Below, one piece after another: positions 62,101 to 64,000 of a stretch of DNA of 64,000 bases. The first letter of the stretch is position 1, and each line of letters opens with the position of its first letter. The translations under genes were made by a program, and so were the position numbers. Source of the stretch: Podarcis vaucheri (lineage: Eukaryota); assembly GCA_965113315.1 (NCBI GenBank), contig OZ220363.1; one strand, written 5' to 3'. A model generated the notes under the pieces. It saw nothing but the letters and a program-made list of their open reading frames with translations. It was not told the DNA's origin and ran no database searches.

Positions 62101-62886
62101 TCAGAATGTCTTTTTGATTCAGAGCAGGAAGATGCTGGGGAGGAAGAAGAAGAGGCTGAGTCTGCTGATGACGACCAGGTCACAGACCAAGGTCTGGAGC
62201 AGGGTGGGGCATCTCCACAAGTTGTTAAAAGGGAGGTCAAGAGTGAGCCTAGTCCTCCGGTGAGTGTAAGGGAGAAGATTCGAAGTCGTTATAAGTCAGA
62301 GGGGGAATCCCGGGATGCAGAGGACACACCTGCTGGTGATGTTGTGTCAAGGGAAACATCTGAGTTTGTGCCCAGACGGTCTAGTCGCACAACGAAGGGT
62401 GTTCCACCTGAAAGATATCAGGCCACTGGTGCGTGGGTTAGTTTCGCACAGTGTGAACCTGAGAGTTATGTGGTAAGTCCACAGGTTTTGTCAGAATGTG
62501 ACGCAAGAGGGGGTGTTGGAGTCGGAACTTAACAGGTTAAGTTTGTCCCATGATGCCTCAACATTCTGACGTCAGCTTTAGAAGCTGGGAGGAGTTTTCT
62601 GCTCTCTCTCGGTTGTTGAGAGGAAAGGACGAAGTTTTGCCATGGCTGCAAGGAGTCCTGGAGATTTCTGAGAAATGTCGCAATAAAGAACTGTAAATAG
62701 ACACGAAAGAAGGCTCTGTGTGTCTGTGGGAAGCAACGTGACAGCTTTGACCGCTGTGTTCACTCTGCTAGCCGTGACCAGAGGAAGCAAGAACGCGCAG
62801 CTGAAGGAAGCGTGCCGGGCTGTTGTTAAAAGCTAAGTTGGGTCGTAAACCCATTAGCCGGTCACGGTTGATTAAAAACATTCACA
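59158..62886 (+). mobile_element. Non-autonomous Ty1/copia-type LTR element lacking RT/RNase H (3729 bp)
   Basis: The 373-bp LTRs at 59158-59530 and 62514-62886 (TGT...ACA) are identical by eye. TSD AAAAT at 59153-59157 and 62887-62891. PBS-like GGTTATGG at 59531. PPT AAGAGGGGG at 62505-62513. Confidence 0.95.
59983..62532 (+). CDS. Copia-type Gag-protease-integrase polyprotein, 849 aa, with no RT
   Basis: Knuckle CYVCNSPEHLRRNC; protease-like FVIDSAA and LLSV; IN zinc domain WHARTAH...CEAC; IN core VHIDLLGP, SDRGAEF, GWAE and PPKFWLEA; SH3-like IFCGYE; RRSSR...PPERY. The ORF ends shortly after EPESY. Confidence 0.92.
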   Translation: MADGQEVIQAPFEQLEELTAQAWNTWARWVRAWFIATEVWDISQREPVQLVDRDAGKLQSASLEEKMQREKADRAEICMLRASVHAKLLPCLEGIESACEAWKVLRSLCQSSAGGQEQEDAEGSARSPESTASRSAVGSVGGAEKPKSQFGKVSTAYAERKCCFSGGGADVPEAVLAESSPQYFSTRRCYVCNSPEHLRRNCPHRSKEARQDVVKVNSHGNQSGYHGNQPGKGARRATESGGRDGDQGKIYQITASMALFENSCEKGSMFCFVIDSAANCNLIPETPAVEMWNCRAVTLGKTVQFANGQRNNVTNVVNVFFSVLQETLECCTVPGIQHCLLSVPYLLKKGFKVCFEDNACTISKGGRILAKVKKGQNDLFILKTPLEGEGKVGKAQALRATVPTHVSCAHVWHARTAHSSLEELQTLPEVAKGCHIVECGCVIDCEACRQAKVKGCSYPKVERVHTKPFEMVHIDLLGPIKEPSLGGSRFLLTMQDNFTQNTWNHGLKSKEEAAQLIKSWVEEVELRFSTKVQAVTSDRGAEFTGSALQRFFHKKGIHHTVTSPNQRGWAELRCEALVKTAKVLLTDSGLPPKFWLEAIKYVSFTWNRTYNSMVGDTPFGLLHGRKPQIHFLRKFGSQSSVPVPEALQGPDGSKFRKMIFCGYEPAARAWRFAFPSGDQSKLLISKHAEFYEQDVKSKTPVGRDVLSECLFDSEQEDAGEEEEEAESADDDQVTDQGLEQGGASPQVVKREVKSEPSPPVSVREKIRSRYKSEGESRDAEDTPAGDVVSRETSEFVPRRSSRTTKGVPPERYQATGAWVSFAQCEPESYVVSPQVLSECDARGGVGVGT

Positions 62887-62941
62887 AAAATAACAAAATT
62901 CCTTCCAGTAGCACCTTAAAGACCAACTAAGTTAGTTCTTG

Positions 62942-62979
62942 GTATGAGCTTTCGCGTGCATGCACACTTCTTCAGATAC
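62942..62979 (-). ncRNA. Minimal type I hammerhead ribozyme of the Penelope-like element
   Basis: The minus strand reads GUAU-CUGAAGA-A-GUGUGC-AU-GCACGC-GAAA-GC-UC-AUAC. This gives the core boxes CUGANGA and GAAA, stem II, stem I GUAU/AUAC and a palindromic AGCU stem III. Confidence 0.75.
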
Positions 62980-63509
62980 ACTGAAACAGAAGTTGCCAGA
63001 TCCTTCTATATAGTGAGAAGGTGGGGAGGGGTATTACTCAGAAGGGTGGTGGGAATGAGAGATTGGCAGATAGCTGAGATGAGCCTGTTGACGACTCTTA
63101 ATGACTGCAATAGGTCTTACAGGAAAAGGCAAGGGGTGCGAAGGTGAAGAATGGCTTAGTCATGTATAATGAGATAAGAATCCAATGTCCTTGTTCAAAC
63201 CAGGTCTCTCCATGGTTTTAAGTTTGGTAATGAGTTGCAATTCAGCAGCTTCTCTTTGCAGTCTATTTCTGAAATTCCTTTGTAGTAAAACAGCTACTTT
63301 GAGATCTTGTATACAAGCTAACTTGGGAACAACAGCTAACTGCTTTCCTAGAAATAAGTGGGGGCTTGTTGGTCCCTAGGAGGCCAAGTTGCTGACCTAG
63401 ATGGGGCCTCTTTGGCCTGTTTGCATGGATTTGGGACTATCTGTTGGAGTGTTTAAACTGCACTTCCACAGATGTTCAACCTATGTGTAAAAGGTCACAA
63501 GGGAACCAG

Positions 63510-63810
63510 ACCCAGATCTTCAAATATCTGAAGGGCCGTCCCATGGAAGATGGAGCCAGCTTGTGTTCTGCTGCTCCAAAGGGGAGGGACCGGAACCTAT
63601 GGATTCAAATGACAAGAAAGGAGGTTCTGCCTCAACATCAGGGAGAATTTTTCGATGGCAAGAATTGTTCAGCAGTGAAACTCCCTTGGAAGGTGGTGGA
63701 TTCTCCTTCCTTGGAGGTTTTGAAGTAGAGATCGTACGGGCATCTGTCTTGGATCATTTAGCTGTGATTCCTGCATTGCAGGGGATTGGACTGGATGACC
63801 CTTTGGGGTC
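63510..63810 (+). mobile_element. CR1 LINE 3' fragment
   Basis: Peptide IFKYLKG...VVDSPSLEV with a typical 3' UTR (GGACTGGATGACCCT). Confidence 0.75.
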
Positions 63811-64000
63811 TACAACTGGGGTCTCTGACCTGCCCCTGAAATTCCCCATCACCCTGAGAACTGGGACACATCTACCACAGCAACAAGCAAGGAAACAGTA
63901 GCAGCCAAGACCTGAATTTGCCCAGCAGGATTCAAAACAGAGCCTGTCTGCTGTGAGTGGATTCAGGGTAAAGCCCTTTTCTCCACATCCTGGCTAGGAC

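Larger units (their letters stand above)
59120..63312 (-). mobile_element. 5'-truncated Penelope-like element (59120-59157 and 62892-63312), split by the copia insertion
   Basis: Minus strand 63160-63312 encodes IQDLKVAVLLQRNFRNRLQREAAELQLITKLKTMERPGLNKDIGFLSHYT*, a GIY-YIG C-terminal pattern (R...E...GLN). A hammerhead motif follows, and the terminal region GTAGCCGTGTTGGTCTG...AGTAGCACCTTAAAGACCAAC is contiguous once the copia is removed. Confidence 0.8.

Noticed and set aside
59158-62886. Ginger/DNA-transposon interpretation of the RT-less integrase element
   Set aside because: It has direct LTRs, a PBS, a PPT, Gag and protease, and no long TIRs.

Overview
This is vertebrate genomic DNA from a squamate, probably a lacertid lizard (inferred from Sauria/Squam SINEs and squamate-type CR1, L2 and Penelope repeats). 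It is GC-rich and gene-dense. Five host genes could be reconstructed exon by exon: the 5' part of CWF19L1 (-), then ERLIN1 (+), TUBGCP2 (-), ZNF511 (+) and CYB561 (+). CWF19L1/ERLIN1 and TUBGCP2/ZNF511 are very compact head-to-head pairs. Two structurally complete LTR retroelements are the most unusual content. (1) A Ty3/Gypsy chromovirus of the sushi/Tf1 type at 655-7212 has an apparent tRNA-independent self-priming site and a PEG10-like -1 frameshift signal with a pseudoknot. Its Pol frame continues through the PPT and all of U3, and the two LTR copies differ with a synonymous bias in that frame. (2) A very young Ty1/copia-type element at 59158-62886 has identical LTRs and an open 849-aa Gag-PR-IN ORF but no RT/RNase H. 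It is nested in a Penelope-like element that carries a hammerhead ribozyme. Other points: apparent GC-AG first introns in both TUBGCP2 and ZNF511, a higher-order GC-rich minisatellite, a solo LTR, a MITE and an orphan CpG island. All coordinates and counts were read by eye; no database searches were run.
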